Source: Eledone cirrhosa
Lineage: Eukaryota
Reading direction: 5' to 3'
NCBI GenBank assembly: GCA_964016885.1
Contig: OZ024742.1
Span: 111,848,001-111,912,000 of the forward strand
Length of the DNA: 64,000 nt
Within the stretch, counting starts at the first letter, position 1, and each line of letters opens with the position of its first letter. The notes beneath the pieces were generated by a model. It made no database searches. It was not told the DNA's origin and saw only the letters and a list, made by a program, of their open reading frames with translations. The position numbers were made by a program, and so were the translations under genes. Below, piece by piece: positions 30,614 through 44,774 of the stretch.

Positions 30614-33600
30614 TAAATTAATAAAAACAATGAAATACAAACAAAGAACAGGTTCCTTATATTAAAATATTCATCATTTTACGATCGTTCCTGGGATTTA
30701 TATGTGTGTTAGTATGTATATCATCTTAAAGATCTATGTAAAAACATATTACAAATTAACAAAGGAGATATACATACTTTCACCTATACATTCCATCTTC
30801 ACAAATATTAAAGTATTAATATAAAAAGTCTGCCTGGGAAGAGGTTTTGAATTGACCAATAGAAAACAGTTAGAGGTCAAGTTGATAGAATAACAGTAGT
30901 AGAACTTGATGCTAGGAGTGGAGGAATGCAAATTTATGCATTGAATGAAAAGAATACAATGGGGAAGAGAAATAATATTGAAAATAAATCCTCTGCTTCA
31001 TTTCTATAATTCGATATAGATGCATATTATTCCTCTATATCACCCGTACTCCTGAACAAAGACTTGATATTTGCAAAAAATAGATCTGACTTAACTATGG
31101 ATGACATCAATATTATCACGCACGCTAGACAAACACTACTGGAGTTTCAGAATGAACACTCGACCAGAAATACATATATTAATCTCTTCGATATAACTAT
31201 GGGCTCTAGTGATTCCGCCCAAATTACTGATCGTGTGGGCCTCTTTCTTCTATTTAACATTAATTCATCTTTTCCACACCTTAAAGGTGGTTTATATCGT
31301 GATGACTGTCTTCTTCTATCCACTAATCTTAGTCTATCAGAAATTGAGAGAAATAAAAAAAAATTAGAACTTTCCCCAAAGACTATTATAATCTCACTAT
31401 TACATTTGAAACACCAGTAAAATAGTCAATTTCCTAGATATAACTATGGACCTATCTACAGGTATCTTCCAACCTTACCATAAACCTAACCAAAACTTGC
31501 ATTACATACACTCACAATCTAATCACCCAAGATCTACCCTTAAAAACCTGGCATATAATATCTCACTCAGAATTTCTAACCTTTCATCAAATCATGATGT
31601 ATTCGATAAAAACGCGCCCTTTTATAATGAAACATTAGCTAGAATCGGGCACAAGAACAAATTAGTCTATATACCTTGCACCAATAATATTTCAAACATA
31701 CAACCTAATATTACCAACAAACACCAAATGAAAAACCCACCCACACCTAAATGCCACTCATACTACACCTAAAAACACCAACCCAAAACTTAATTTCTCT
31801 ACCTCTTCTCATAAATGATAATGACTTTCAAAAAAAAATTCACCCTAATACTCTACCATATGTCAACAACATAACTAACAAAATTCCTAGTAATCAGACT
31901 AAAACACCTAAATCAATTAATCTAACTAAACCTATATATAATAAAATCACTAATAGTAACTATCTCAGTAAACCTCCCGATACATCGTATAAATATAAGA
32001 AACAATGTCGAAACCGTAATATACGAGTTACTTGGTATAATGATCCATTTAATCTACAGATTAAAGACCATATCCCTAAAAAAATATTTGCTATCCTAGA
32101 GAAAAACTTCCCACCAAACCATAAATACCATCAAATTTTAAATAGATCTACTGTCAAATTTTCCTACTCCACTACCAAGAATATACAACAGAATATAAGT
32201 GTTTACAACACATATAAGTGTAAAAAAACAAACATAAATATAACACCAACACATCAAACCAACCATAATAATACTAAAATAAACCCAAACAAACCACCTT
32301 CTTCTTCACCTATAAACTCCACACCAATTTTGACTAATAATCACCAAAACAAACAGAACTCTACTAGTTCCACATCCCCTAAACTATCACCAACCAATAA
32401 CCTGTCTAACCATACTAATCTAATTACAACCCATTCTAAACCATACATTAATGAAAATAGTAACACTAATACCACTATAGATAACACAATTAACTCTCCT
32501 GGTACAATATTTACGAATGGTTGTAACTGTAGAATCAAAGGAAATTGCCCATTAAAGGGAAATTGTCTTATTAATAACATAGTCTAAAAATGTGTAATTA
32601 TTACTAAGGACTCCATTGAATCCTATATAGGAGCTACGTCTAACCGATTTAATATAAGATTTAATACCCACAAACATAGTTTTAAAAATGCCGCATTAGC
32701 TAATACAACCTCCTTGGCTGAGGCAATTAATAATTATAGAAAAAAGAATATTGATTACAACCTGACCTGGAGCGTGCTCAAAAGGGCCACCCATTATCAA
32801 AATAGCAGATAGGTTATGCTCCCAAGAACTGTTTGAAATCATGAAATATAATGATATCCTATTAAATAAGCGACAGGAGTTAATTATATCATGCAATCAT
32901 AGAATTAGAAAAACCTTCAAATATTATAAACTTAATTAATATATACCTCACTCTTATATTTTACAAATTATTATAATTAATTAAAACTTTTTTTTTAAAT
33001 TTAGTTAACCTATAATTAGAACTTTACTACAGAGAATTTCATAATTTTATTTCCCTCTTACAGCTCATTTTACCTAAAGTTATCGTTAACCTCACTACTT
33101 CTTTTAACTGCATCCCCTATTTATAAGATTTAATCCCTAGGATTATTAAATATAATTAATATCATTAATATTATGGATGTTTAGATAGATACATACTTTT
33201 TCTAAAATTTTATCTATTTCAGTTTTTCTATATATATTTTTAGTTTTTTTAATTTTTTTACTTCTTTATTTATCACATTCATAAGAATTAATATAATTTT
33301 AACTCTGTCAGTATACTTATCAATTAATTTAAGTTCCTTTTTATGTATCTAGGTTCCTTGAAATTTAAATAGGATTAGTATTTAACATCAATACTCTCAT
33401 AACACAAATTTCTTTCCCTTTGCTTTTAACAGCAGCAGTCTTTAATAACATCATTTTGTTTGGAATCCTTCACTATCTCCTTGATTTAACCTCAGTTTAA
33501 CCCCTATCTTTCTTTTCCCCATTGTGTTCTTTTCATTCAAAGCATACATTTACATTCCTCCACACTTTGTTTCTTTCAATAAACATACTTCAGCATTGCT

Positions 33601-33925
33601 GAAGATGGCATCTATCGGTGAAGGTATGTATATATCCTCTGATAATTTGTAATATTTTTTTACATAGATCTTTAACATGATATACATACCAACACACATA
33701 TATATCCCAGAAACGATCGTAAAATGATGAATTTTTCAATATAAGGAACCTGTTCCATGTTTTTATTTCATTGTTTTTTATTAATTTATCTTGACTTTAT
33801 TTCCCTATGATTGTTATCGTTAATTTTTGAATGCATTTTCTCTTTTCATGATATCTTCTATATTTGGATTACATTGTTTTATTCATACGGATAGGACACT
33901 ACCGTTTATTATGGTAGATTTATCT

Positions 33926-33927
<2 letters not shown>
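30614..33927 (+). mobile_element. Older 5'-truncated relative of the 16741 PLE, with an inverted 3'-end copy at 30614-30972
   Basis: Frameshifted ORFs 31064-32587 are highly similar to the 16913 ORF. Ends TGGTAGATTTATCTACA + (CA/TA)n. 30614-30972 resembles the reverse complement of ~33505-33790. Confidence 0.9.
33589..33731 (+). ncRNA. Type I hammerhead with long stem II
   Basis: TTCAGCATTG-CTGAAGA-TGG...CCA-GAAA-CGATCG-TA-AAATGATGAA. Confidence 0.7.
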
Positions 33928-33976
<49 letters not shown>

Positions 33977-34000
33977 TATATATACACACACATACACTAT

Positions 34001-34060
<60 letters not shown>

Positions 34061-34062
34061 TA

Positions 34063-34270
34063 GAATAAGGAAAAGCGAAGTAGTTTCATATGTTCAAGTC
34101 CTTTAATAATAATGCTGTGATATATATTTCAATGACGACACTGGCCACACTGTTCTGTGTGCGAGTGTCCGCACACAGAACAGTGTGGCCAGTGTCGTCA
34201 TTGAAATATATATCACAGCATTATTATTAAAGGACTTGAACATCTGAAACTACTTCGTTTTTCCTTATTC
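34063..34270. repeat. Fold-back palindrome (~100-bp arms, 6-nt loop)
   Basis: Centre TGTGTGCG-AGTGTC-CGCACACA, about 2 mismatches between arms. Next to (TA)n. Confidence 0.9.
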
Positions 34271-34378
34271 GACATTTACTCCGTCACTCCTATGTGGAAA
34301 AAGTACGTTGAGTGCTTGAATTGAATTGCATCAATGTTAACCCTAATAATATATACATATATATATATATAGATATAT

Positions 34379-34434
<56 letters not shown>

Positions 34435-34442
<8 letters not shown>

Positions 34443-34787
34443 CTACACGTATATACATATATGTATACAGCCGTACAGTAGTATGTATATATATATACAT
34501 ACCTGCACACGTATATATATGTACATATAAATTTAAAGAACATTTATTATAATGCTCGGTGTGTTTGTAAACAAACATCCCGTATTAAGCCGTAGTGTCC
34601 AGCAACCATCGTTGCTCGTTTGTTCAACACTGACAAAGGAACGCTGTACTAGTTTCAAGCTTATTAGCTATCGTCAGCAACGTATACCTTCCTGCCAGAT
34701 TGTTGAGCGTATATACATACCTTATGCATATTAACGGCTGAGTAGCCCAATTTGCATATCGAGTGGGTTAATCGGCCGGGTGCACCG
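34435..34787 (-). mobile_element. Partial monomer of hammerhead repeat family R2 (inverted); HHR at 34641-34683
   Basis: Reverse complement of ~36187-36545. Motif ACGTTG-CTGACGA-tAGCT aata AGCTt-GAAA-CTAG-TA-CAGCGT. Confidence 0.85.
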
Positions 34788-34798
34788 TATGCACTGTA

Positions 34799-36094
34799 TA
34801 CATAGGGGGAATCAAAAGTTTCGTGGAATTTTATCGTAGCAAGAAAAAAATCAGGTTAAAACAATATTAAACATGTCAGAACATTGTCACTGGATGTTTA
34901 CCTTTCTATTAGTCACATGCAGTCAGTTATGCGCCGACTATTGTACAGTACTGTCACTCTTTAAAAACCTCTTTTTGCAACAATGGAAAATAGTTATTTT
35001 GAGATAAGATCGAATATCAAATGGGAAGGGACACAGATTATGGAGGCTTTAGTTAAAGTTTACGGTACTACTGCTCCAAAGTAAACTGCTCTCTATAAGT
35101 GGATTCAGCGATTCAAACAAGGGAGAGACGACCTTGAACACGACCATCGCAGTGGAAGACCAGGAACATCAAAAAATGACAAAACGTTGAGGCTGCTCAG
35201 ACTTTAATTGAAAAAGATCGAAGAATAACAGTTAATCAATTAGCTAAGTCCCTAGACATTTCATATGGTTGGGCAAATTCAATTCTGCACGATAATTTGG
35301 GACTAAGCAAGCTTTCAGCGCGATGGGTCCCCAAAGCGTTTCGCCCTGATCAGCTGATTCTTCGAAGTGATCTGTCTTTGGCGATATTAAACAAAATTGA
35401 AGTTGATGAAGAGCATTTCCTGACCAGAATCATTACCTGAGATGAAACCTGCATCTATCAGTATGATCCTGAATCCAAACAGCAGTCAAAACAGTGGCTT
35501 CCACGTGGATCATCGGGACCAATGAAGTTCAAATCTCAAAAGTCGGATCAAAAAGTGATGGCCACCATTTTCTGGGATTCAGATGGGGTGATACAAATAG
35601 ATTATCTTGAAGGTCAAAGAACTGTGACAGGAGCTTACTATGCAAATGTTTTAAGGAAGCTAAAAGAGGCATTAGTCAAGAAACGAAAAGGGAAACTTCA
35701 TAGTAGGATCTTGTTTCACCATGACAATACACCAACGCATTCTGAGCGGGTTGCAAAAGAAGTTCTTCGAGAATTTCGATGGAAAGTGCTTCCTCACTCG
35801 CCTTATAGTCCAGATTTAGCCCCATCAGACTTTTTCCCCTTTCCAAAACTCAGAGTAATGGTAAAAGTAACACATGTTAGTGGTGTTGAAGAAGCTAAAA
35901 ACACGCCAACACATGGCTTCGAACAAGGCCTTCAACTTTCTTTAGAGACGGCTTACGAAGTTGGAAGCATCGCCTTGTGAAGTGTATTTACCTGGATGGC
36001 AACTATGTAGAAAAATAAATTGAAAGGAAATCATATTTTTTGAAAAATAGATTATTTTCTGAAAACTTCCGCGAACTTTTTGATCCCCCTTGTA
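34799..36094 (+). mobile_element. Decayed full-length mariner (Tc1/mariner) transposon, ~1.3 kb
   Basis: Imperfect ~30-bp TIRs (TACATAGGGGGAATCAAAAGTTTCGTGGAA / revcomp TACAAGGGGGATCAAAAAGTTCGCGGAA) and TA flanks. Motifs WVPK, DET..YDPE, FHHDN, YSPDLAPSD. Contains stops and frameshifts. Confidence 0.92.
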
Positions 36095-36095
36095 T

Positions 36096-36613
36096 ATGTA
36101 TGTACGCGTACATACTTATATTTAAGTAACAGCCGTACTAAGAGTGAGAAATGAAATTTCGTTTCATTTTTTCCGTTTATCGTTTTCGGTGCACCCGGCC
36201 GATTAACCTACTCGATATTTAAATTGGGTTTCTCAGCCGTTAATATGCATAAGGCAAGTATATACGTTCAACAATCTGGCAGGAAGGTATACGTTGCTGA
36301 CGATAGCTAATAAGCTTGAAACTAGTACAGCGTTCCTTTGTAAGTGTTGAACAAACGAGCAACGATGGTTGCTGTACACTACGGCTTAATACGGGATGCT
36401 TGTTTACAAACACACCGAGCATTATAATAAATCTTCGGTGAATCCATACGTACACACATATATATATATATATATATATGTGTGCATGTATGTATATATA
36501 TATACATACTATTGTACGTCTGTATACATATATGTATGTACGTGTACATACCTCTATTTAAGTAACTGCCGTACTAAGAGTGGGAAAAGAAATTTCGTTT
36601 CATTTTTTCCGTT
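36096..36613 (+). mobile_element. Hammerhead repeat family R2: one 436-bp monomer plus ~80-bp terminal redundancy; HHR at 36291-36333
   Basis: TTTAAGTAAC..GTACTAAGAGTG..AATTTCGTTTCATTTTTTCCGTTT occurs at 36121 and 36557. Intact hammerhead core. No ORF. Confidence 0.85.
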
Positions 36614-36638
36614 TATATATATATACATATATATATAT

Positions 36639-36714
<76 letters not shown>

Positions 36715-36716
<2 letters not shown>

Positions 36717-37008
36717 GAATATGTGTTCCTACACGCACAATGCGCTAAGGGACACATGTATTACCCAACCAAATGCCAATGTGGTTCAATGGCAGGTTAA
36801 TAAATTAACGAGACAGAACATATATAAACAGGGTTTAGCAAATAAAGAAAAAGTTTCAAAATAAATCTTAAAAAATTAACATTACCTACGATGGACTCCG
36901 TCCATTTTTGAGATTCGAAACCGATTCGGTAAAGGTAACTATAGTAGGTAATGTTAATTTTTTAAAATTTATTTTGAAACTTTTTCCTTATTTGCTAAAC
37001 CTTGTTTA
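36715..37008. mobile_element. Fold-back fragment of hammerhead repeat family R1
   Basis: 36715-36889 resembles the reverse complement of ~42345-42520. 36890-37008 is the forward 3' half of the HHR (GAAA-CCGATTCGG-TA-AAGGT) plus tail. Forms ~65-bp inverted arms. Confidence 0.75.
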
Positions 37009-38340
<1,332 letters not shown>

Positions 38341-38440
38341 GTAATAATAATCAAATTGAAGACTAAAATCCAAAGAGGGCTCGATAAGGAAAATATATAT
38401 CAAATATATAAGAACCGTAGAGCAAATATTTATTAAAATA

Positions 38441-38516
38441 ACAGATTAAAGTTTAAGCAAAGAATCGCTGCTTTCACCCTTAACGGGATCTTCTGAAACT
38501 AACAAAGTCAATCTGT
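38441..38516 (-). ncRNA. Hammerhead-like motif with CAGAAGA core (copy 2)
   Basis: AGTTT-CAGAAGA-tCCC gttaa GGGt-GAAA-GCA gcgattctt TGC-TT-AAACT. Confidence 0.68.
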
Positions 38517-40684
38517 AAAAGCAGAACTGGATATTTCAAAAAACGTTGCAACCGGAGGAAGACAGGAAGACGATACTTTGGTTCGTGGTAACGTTCGCTG
38601 GCAAAGAACGGGAAAAAACGAATAATACGTCATTAATAGGAGCGGTGAAAAACAATTACGCGCAAAGACAAAACCACGTTTATGGTATAAAATAATTTGT
38701 AGACTAATGTTCTCTTAGGTGGTGCATAGAGACGTTATCTGGCAATGAACGAAAAAACGAAGATAATAAGTCATATGTGGAGCGTGGAGAACAATAGCAC
38801 GCAAAGACAAAACCACGTAAATGGTATAGCAGAAATCGTAGACTAAAATTCTAACTAGGAGACCAAATGAATCTCCGCTTTAGAGTTAAGAACAAAGTAA
38901 ATAAATACAATACAGAAGTAATAGGAACAAATAAATACATACACGCAAACAGATACGTACATACACAAGCATACGCAAAACCTTACCATGGGTATACAAA
39001 ACCACGCACATATAAATATGTGTGTGTGTGTATGCTTGTGTACAAATAAATAAATAATTATATAAACGTATATAAGTAAATAAATACGTATATAAGAAGC
39101 GCACACGCATACCTACATATAAATACACGAATGTTCGGAGACGTAAGTCAACTATAAAAAGAAGTACACATATACATACACCCACCATACGTACGAACCT
39201 GCACACTCACGCGGACGCAAAACTCCCGTATACACATAGCCAAACCCTAAATACCAGAATATGTAAAAATTATACGCTATAACAGTCAAATATACGTATG
39301 AGAAGGTATACATACCTTCACATATCATAAGGGTAATATATACTTACCTATGCAAATACGTAAAGGAATAAACAAAACATATACTTAGCTCCCACATCAA
39401 GGCGTAAAATATCCACGTATAGATCGTGCTATCCGTTAGGGTATAACGTGGGGCTGTAATACAGGAAAGTTTTGTGCAATTTATGTTTAGAAGCCGAAAT
39501 TGCCTCAGAATTTTTGTTTAAGATGTGGTCTGTAGCGTAGAGTATTTCCAGGGCCTCAGCGGCGCAGAGGTCACATGGTCTTTTATTTCCGTTATACGAT
39601 CTAGCCCTAGCTAGGATCTCCCAGTGTAACTTATATTGGGTGTGGTTGTCTTTTAGACTTCAGATATAAGCTGAAAGTGACGTCATATTCCTTCTTAGAG
39701 GGTAACGAAAAGAATGGGTATGCATGTAAAGACGCTGCTTGAAACTATTGGCGGTTAACCCTATGTAGGCCCTACGGGACGTGGGTGTTACAACCTTACA
39801 TTTGTAGACAATGTTACTAGAGAGGCATTTCCCGGATAGGGGGCAATCAGCCCGATTCCTACAATTACAGTTAGTACTACCTACAGGGTTGCACGTGTTC
39901 CTACGGCTAGGTAGTTTAGCTAAATTTGAAGCTGTGATGTTATGTGCAAGGTTAGGAGTCGTAGAGTAAGAAATTTTAATAGTATTTCTATTAAAAATTT
40001 TAATATGTTTATGTGTAGGGGGAAAATGCTTCGTAATAAAGGAAAGAAAGATCTTAGCTAATGGTGTGGCCACCTTCATATTATATGGTGGGTTAAACCA
40101 ACAAATGCGACGGGATCTATTTCTTCTAGGTCTATTTTTGTACACTGTATATGCGACCTTATCGACAAATCCACTTCGAGCAAGAGCTTCATTGTAATAA
40201 GTGGAATGGTCGTTGAAAATGCGCTCGTTGGTGGAAAGACGGGAAAGCCTCAACGAAACGTTTCTTACCAGGTTCTTGGTTATGCTGGCAGAATGGTTGG
40301 AATGCTTACTTATGTAATTAAGCGTATCATTCGGTTTTCTATACGGGTAATACAACCCATTCAATAAATTGAGGGTAACGTCGAGGTAATTAACGACCGA
40401 GAGATTGGCCTCAACCTGTATAGAGAGGTTGAAGCCTTTAAAGAAGGCTGTGAGTTCTTTTCTGAACCTGTCACAAGCACGGGGTCCGCACTTAGTAATG
40501 GTCAAAAGACGATCGTCACGGTACAAACCACCGCCCGTGCGCGTAATTGTTTTCACCGCTCCTATTAATGACGTATTATTCGTTTTTTCCCGTTCTTTGC
40601 CAGCGAACGTTACCACGAACCAAAGTATCGTCTTCCTGTCTTCCTCCGGTTGCAACGTTTTTTGAAATATCCAGTTCTGCGTTT

Positions 40685-40760
40685 ACAGATTGACTTTGTT
40701 AGTATCAGAAGATCCCGTTAAGGGTGAAAGCAGCGATTCTTTGCTTAAACTTTAATCTGT
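40685..40760 (+). ncRNA. Hammerhead-like motif with CAGAAGA core (copy 3)
   Basis: Same as copy 2, with one stem I mismatch. Confidence 0.62.
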
Positions 40761-40775
40761 TATTTTAATAAATAC

Positions 40776-40874
<99 letters not shown>

Positions 40875-40875
40875 C

Positions 40876-40945
<70 letters not shown>

Positions 40946-40997
40946 GTATATATATACATATATATGTATATATATATACATATACATATATATATAC

Positions 40998-41044
<47 letters not shown>

Positions 41045-41095
41045 CATATATATATACATATATATATATACATATATATATACATATATATATAC

Positions 41096-41142
<47 letters not shown>

Positions 41143-41180
41143 CAAATATATATATATATATACTTATATATATATATATA

Positions 41181-41290
<110 letters not shown>

Positions 41291-41294
41291 TATA

Positions 41295-41437
41295 TAAATT
41301 CCCGAGTTCAACTTACGAACTGGCGCTATTCAAAATTGGTCCCGAGACGAGAATGAATAATATAGAAGCAATTCTGAACAGTGCCGTCTGCAAAGATAGA
41401 AGGCAGAGGCGGAAAGGTCAATCAACTGCCACTATAA
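41295..41437 (-). mobile_element. Inverted partial monomer of family R1
   Basis: Reverse complement of ~42084-42233. Separated from it by a 650-bp (TA)n. Confidence 0.85.
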
Positions 41438-41451
41438 AATATATATATATG

Positions 41452-41609
<158 letters not shown>

Positions 41610-41626
41610 GATATATATATATATGT

Positions 41627-41687
<61 letters not shown>

Positions 41688-41725
41688 GATATATATATAT
41701 ATATGTAGATATATATATATATATG

Positions 41726-41776
<51 letters not shown>

Positions 41777-41777
41777 C

Positions 41778-42029
<252 letters not shown>

Positions 42030-42036
42030 TATAGAT

Positions 42037-42084
<48 letters not shown>

Positions 42085-42252
42085 TTTCTAGTGGCAGTGG
42101 ATTGACCTTTCCGCCTCTGCCTTCTATCTTTGCAGACGACACACACTGGTCAGAATTGCTTCTACATCATTCACTCTCATCTCGGGACCAATTTTGAATA
42201 GCGCCAGTTCGTAATTTGAACTCGGGAATTTTATATTCTCCGAGTGAAAAGA

Positions 42253-42338
42253 ATCTTCTGACGAGAGTCTTTCTTTTCAATGGATGACCGTAAGGACTAT
42301 CCATTTATTTTTGAGACTTGAAACCATACGGTAAAGGT
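42253..42338 (+). ncRNA. Type I hammerhead ribozyme (R1)
   Basis: ATCTT-CTGACGA-GAGTCT...AGACTT-GAAA-CC atac GG-TA-AAGGT. Confidence 0.8.
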
Positions 42339-42738
42339 AACTACAGCAGGTACAGTGAATTTAAAAAAAAATAATTTAAAATTGTTTCTTATTTGTAAAA
42401 CCTTGATTATATATGTTCTGGCTCGTTAATTTATTAACCTGCCATAGAACCACATTGCCATATGGTTGGATAATACATGTGTCCCTATATGTATTTTGCA
42501 TGTAAGGATATATACTTTATTATTATTAATCTCCCCTGGTCGAGATAACATATTGGTCGTTTTGACTACTGCTATTTCTAGTGGCAGTTGATTGACCTTT
42601 CCGCCTCTGCCTTCTATCTTTGCACACGGCATTGGACAGAATTGTTTCTATATCATTCACTCTCATCTCTGGAACAATTTTGAATATCACCAGTTCGTAA
42701 TTTGAACTCGGGAATTTTATATTCTCTGAGTGAAAAGA

Positions 42739-42824
42739 ACCTTCTGACGGGGGTATTTCTTTTCAATGGATGTCCGTAAGGTCTATCCATTTATCTTTGA
42801 GACATGAAACCGTACGTTAAAGGT
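42739..42824 (+). ncRNA. Mutated R1 hammerhead
   Basis: ACCTT-CTGACGG...GAAA-CCGTACGT-TA-AAGGT (A9G, weakened stems II and III). Confidence 0.6.
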
Positions 42825-43107
42825 AACTACATCTGGTACAGTGAATTTTTGAATATTTATTTGAAAACGTTTTCTAATCTGCTAAACCTTGATTATATAT
42901 ATAAATATATATTTATATACTTACATTTAAGTAAGTGCCGTACTAAGAGTGAGAAATGAAATTTCGTTTTCATTTTATTACAACTCATCGTTTTCGGTGC
43001 GCCTGACCGATTTAACTCACTCGATATGCAAATTAGGCTGCTCAGCCGTTAATTTTCATAAGGAAAGTATATACTTTCGAACGTTCACCTATCTGGCAGA
43101 TGGGTAT

Positions 43108-43150
43108 ACGGTGCTGATGATAGCTAACAAGCTTGAAACTAGTACATCGT
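43108..43150 (+). ncRNA. Minimal type I hammerhead (R2)
   Basis: ACGGTG-CTGATGA-tAGCT aaca AGCTt-GAAA-CTAG-TA-CATCGT. Confidence 0.85.
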
Positions 43151-43569
43151 TCCTGTGTCAGTGTTGAACAAAAAGGTGACGTGGTTGCCTTAGCACCGTG
43201 CGGCATAAATTCAGGCTGTTCAGTTTGTTTACAAACGAACAAAGCGGGCGCAATAATAAGCGTCCGCTAAACTGATGCGTACATATATGTATGTGTACCT
43301 GTATGTATATATATATATATATATTTATATGCATGCTACTGTACGTCTGTATACATATATGTATGTACGTATACATGCATACTTACATTTAAGCAAGTGC
43401 CGTACTAAGAGTGAGAAATGAAATTTCGTTTTCATTTTATTACAACTCATTGTTTTAAGTGCGCCTGACCGATTTAACTCACTCGATATGCAAATTAGGC
43501 TGCTCAGCCGTTAATTTTCATAAGGAAAGTATATACTTTCGAACGTTCAACTATCTGGCAGATGGGTAT

Positions 43570-43612
43570 ACGGTGCTGATGACAGCTAACCAGCTTGAAA
43601 CTAGTACATCGT
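43570..43612 (+). ncRNA. Minimal type I hammerhead (R2)
   Basis: ACGGTG-CTGATGA-cAGCT aacc AGCTt-GAAA-CTAG-TA-CATCGT, 462 nt after the first. Confidence 0.85.
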
Positions 43613-43760
43613 TCCTGTGTCAGTGTTGAACAAAAAGGTGACGTGGTTGCCTTAACACCGTGCTGCATAAATTCAGGCTGTTCAGTTTGTTTACAAACGA
43701 ACAAAGTGGGCGCTATAATAAGCGTCCGCTAAACTGGTGCGTACATATATGTATGTGTAC

Positions 43761-43823
<63 letters not shown>

Positions 43824-44389
43824 CATGCTACTGTACGTCTGTATACATGTATGTATGTACGTATACATGCATACTTACATTTAAGTAAGTGCCGTACTAA
43901 GAATGAGAAATGAAATTTCGTTTTCATTTTATTACAACCCCTATATATATATATATATATGGCATGCGCAAAGAAGACAAAATAAAATAAGATAAACAAA
44001 CAAGCAAATAAATAAATAAATATATAGACAGACTGAATAAAAAATGGCGTAGACATACAACGCGACAGGAGGAACAATGAATATAACACCACTGACGATG
44101 TTGCAGATGTGCAACGAAAGATTTATGTAAATTATGTAAACTATATATATGTGTTTGTGTCTATATTGTATCTGTATTATTTTTGACTGTCGGCCAGTCA
44201 ATGGCAACATTGAGGACCGAGTAAGTTAGATCGCAGATATAAAAGACAGCGAGAAGCGAAAACCAACCAAACAGTGAGTGTGTTCTGTTATTAATTCTGG
44301 CAATATTACGCAAATATGACCCTCCCCAAGTATAACAATATATATAAATATATATATATATAAATACATATATATATATATATATATAA

Positions 44390-44466
<77 letters not shown>

Positions 44467-44657
44467 CATATATATAAATACATATATATATGTATATATA
44501 TAAATACATATATATAAATACATATATATATATATATATATATAAATACATATATATAAATACATATATATATATATATATATATAAATACATATATATA
44601 AATACATATATATATATATAGAAAGATTTGAATGGATACAGTTTAGTTGAAAGGAAT

Positions 44658-44774
44658 TTATTGACACGTGTTTCTATAACAGTTACATAACCTAAAACAG
44701 CTATCTACAAACTTTTAGTTATGCAGACATTCAATATTTCAATGTTATTATTTACTGTCATTTCATCAGAATAA
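44658..44774 (-). ncRNA. Type I hammerhead with expanded domain II
   Basis: TTATT-CTGATGA-aATGACAGT...ACTGTTATa-GAAA-CACGTG-TC-AATAA. Confidence 0.8.

Larger units (their letters stand above)
38341..40773 (-). mobile_element. 5'-truncated PLE (38341-40536) with an inverted copy of its 3' region (40537-40773)
   Basis: GGLYRDD, YLDVTL, SNH, WFNPPY, CNCRNRADCPLSGKC, IVY..YIG, then TGA at a Trp position. 40537-40773 is the reverse complement of ~38428-38665, so the ORF 39660-40655 N-terminus is chimeric. Confidence 0.9.
42084..42895 (+). mobile_element. Hammerhead repeat family R1: 490-bp monomer, ~1.65 tandem copies
   Basis: GTGGCAGT.GATTGACCTTTCCGCCTCTGCC occurs at 42091 and 42581. One HHR per unit. 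No ORF. Flanked by TA repeats. Confidence 0.85.
42915..43940 (+). mobile_element. Hammerhead repeat family R2: two tandem monomers (~462 and ~492 bp) plus ~70-bp redundancy
   Basis: TTTAAG(T/C)AAGTGCCGTACTAAG occurs at ~42926, 43388 and 43880. Each unit has an internal (TA)n. Confidence 0.88.

Noticed and set aside
39660-39662. In-frame TGA in a GIY-YIG domain as Sec or readthrough
   Set aside because: Aligns with Trp (IWSLK, AWTLR in paralogues); a simple TGG>TGA mutation in a truncated copy.
42084-43940. CRISPR-like or prokaryotic array
   Set aside because: Units are 460-490-bp full repeats without unique spacers; eukaryotic context and no cas genes.
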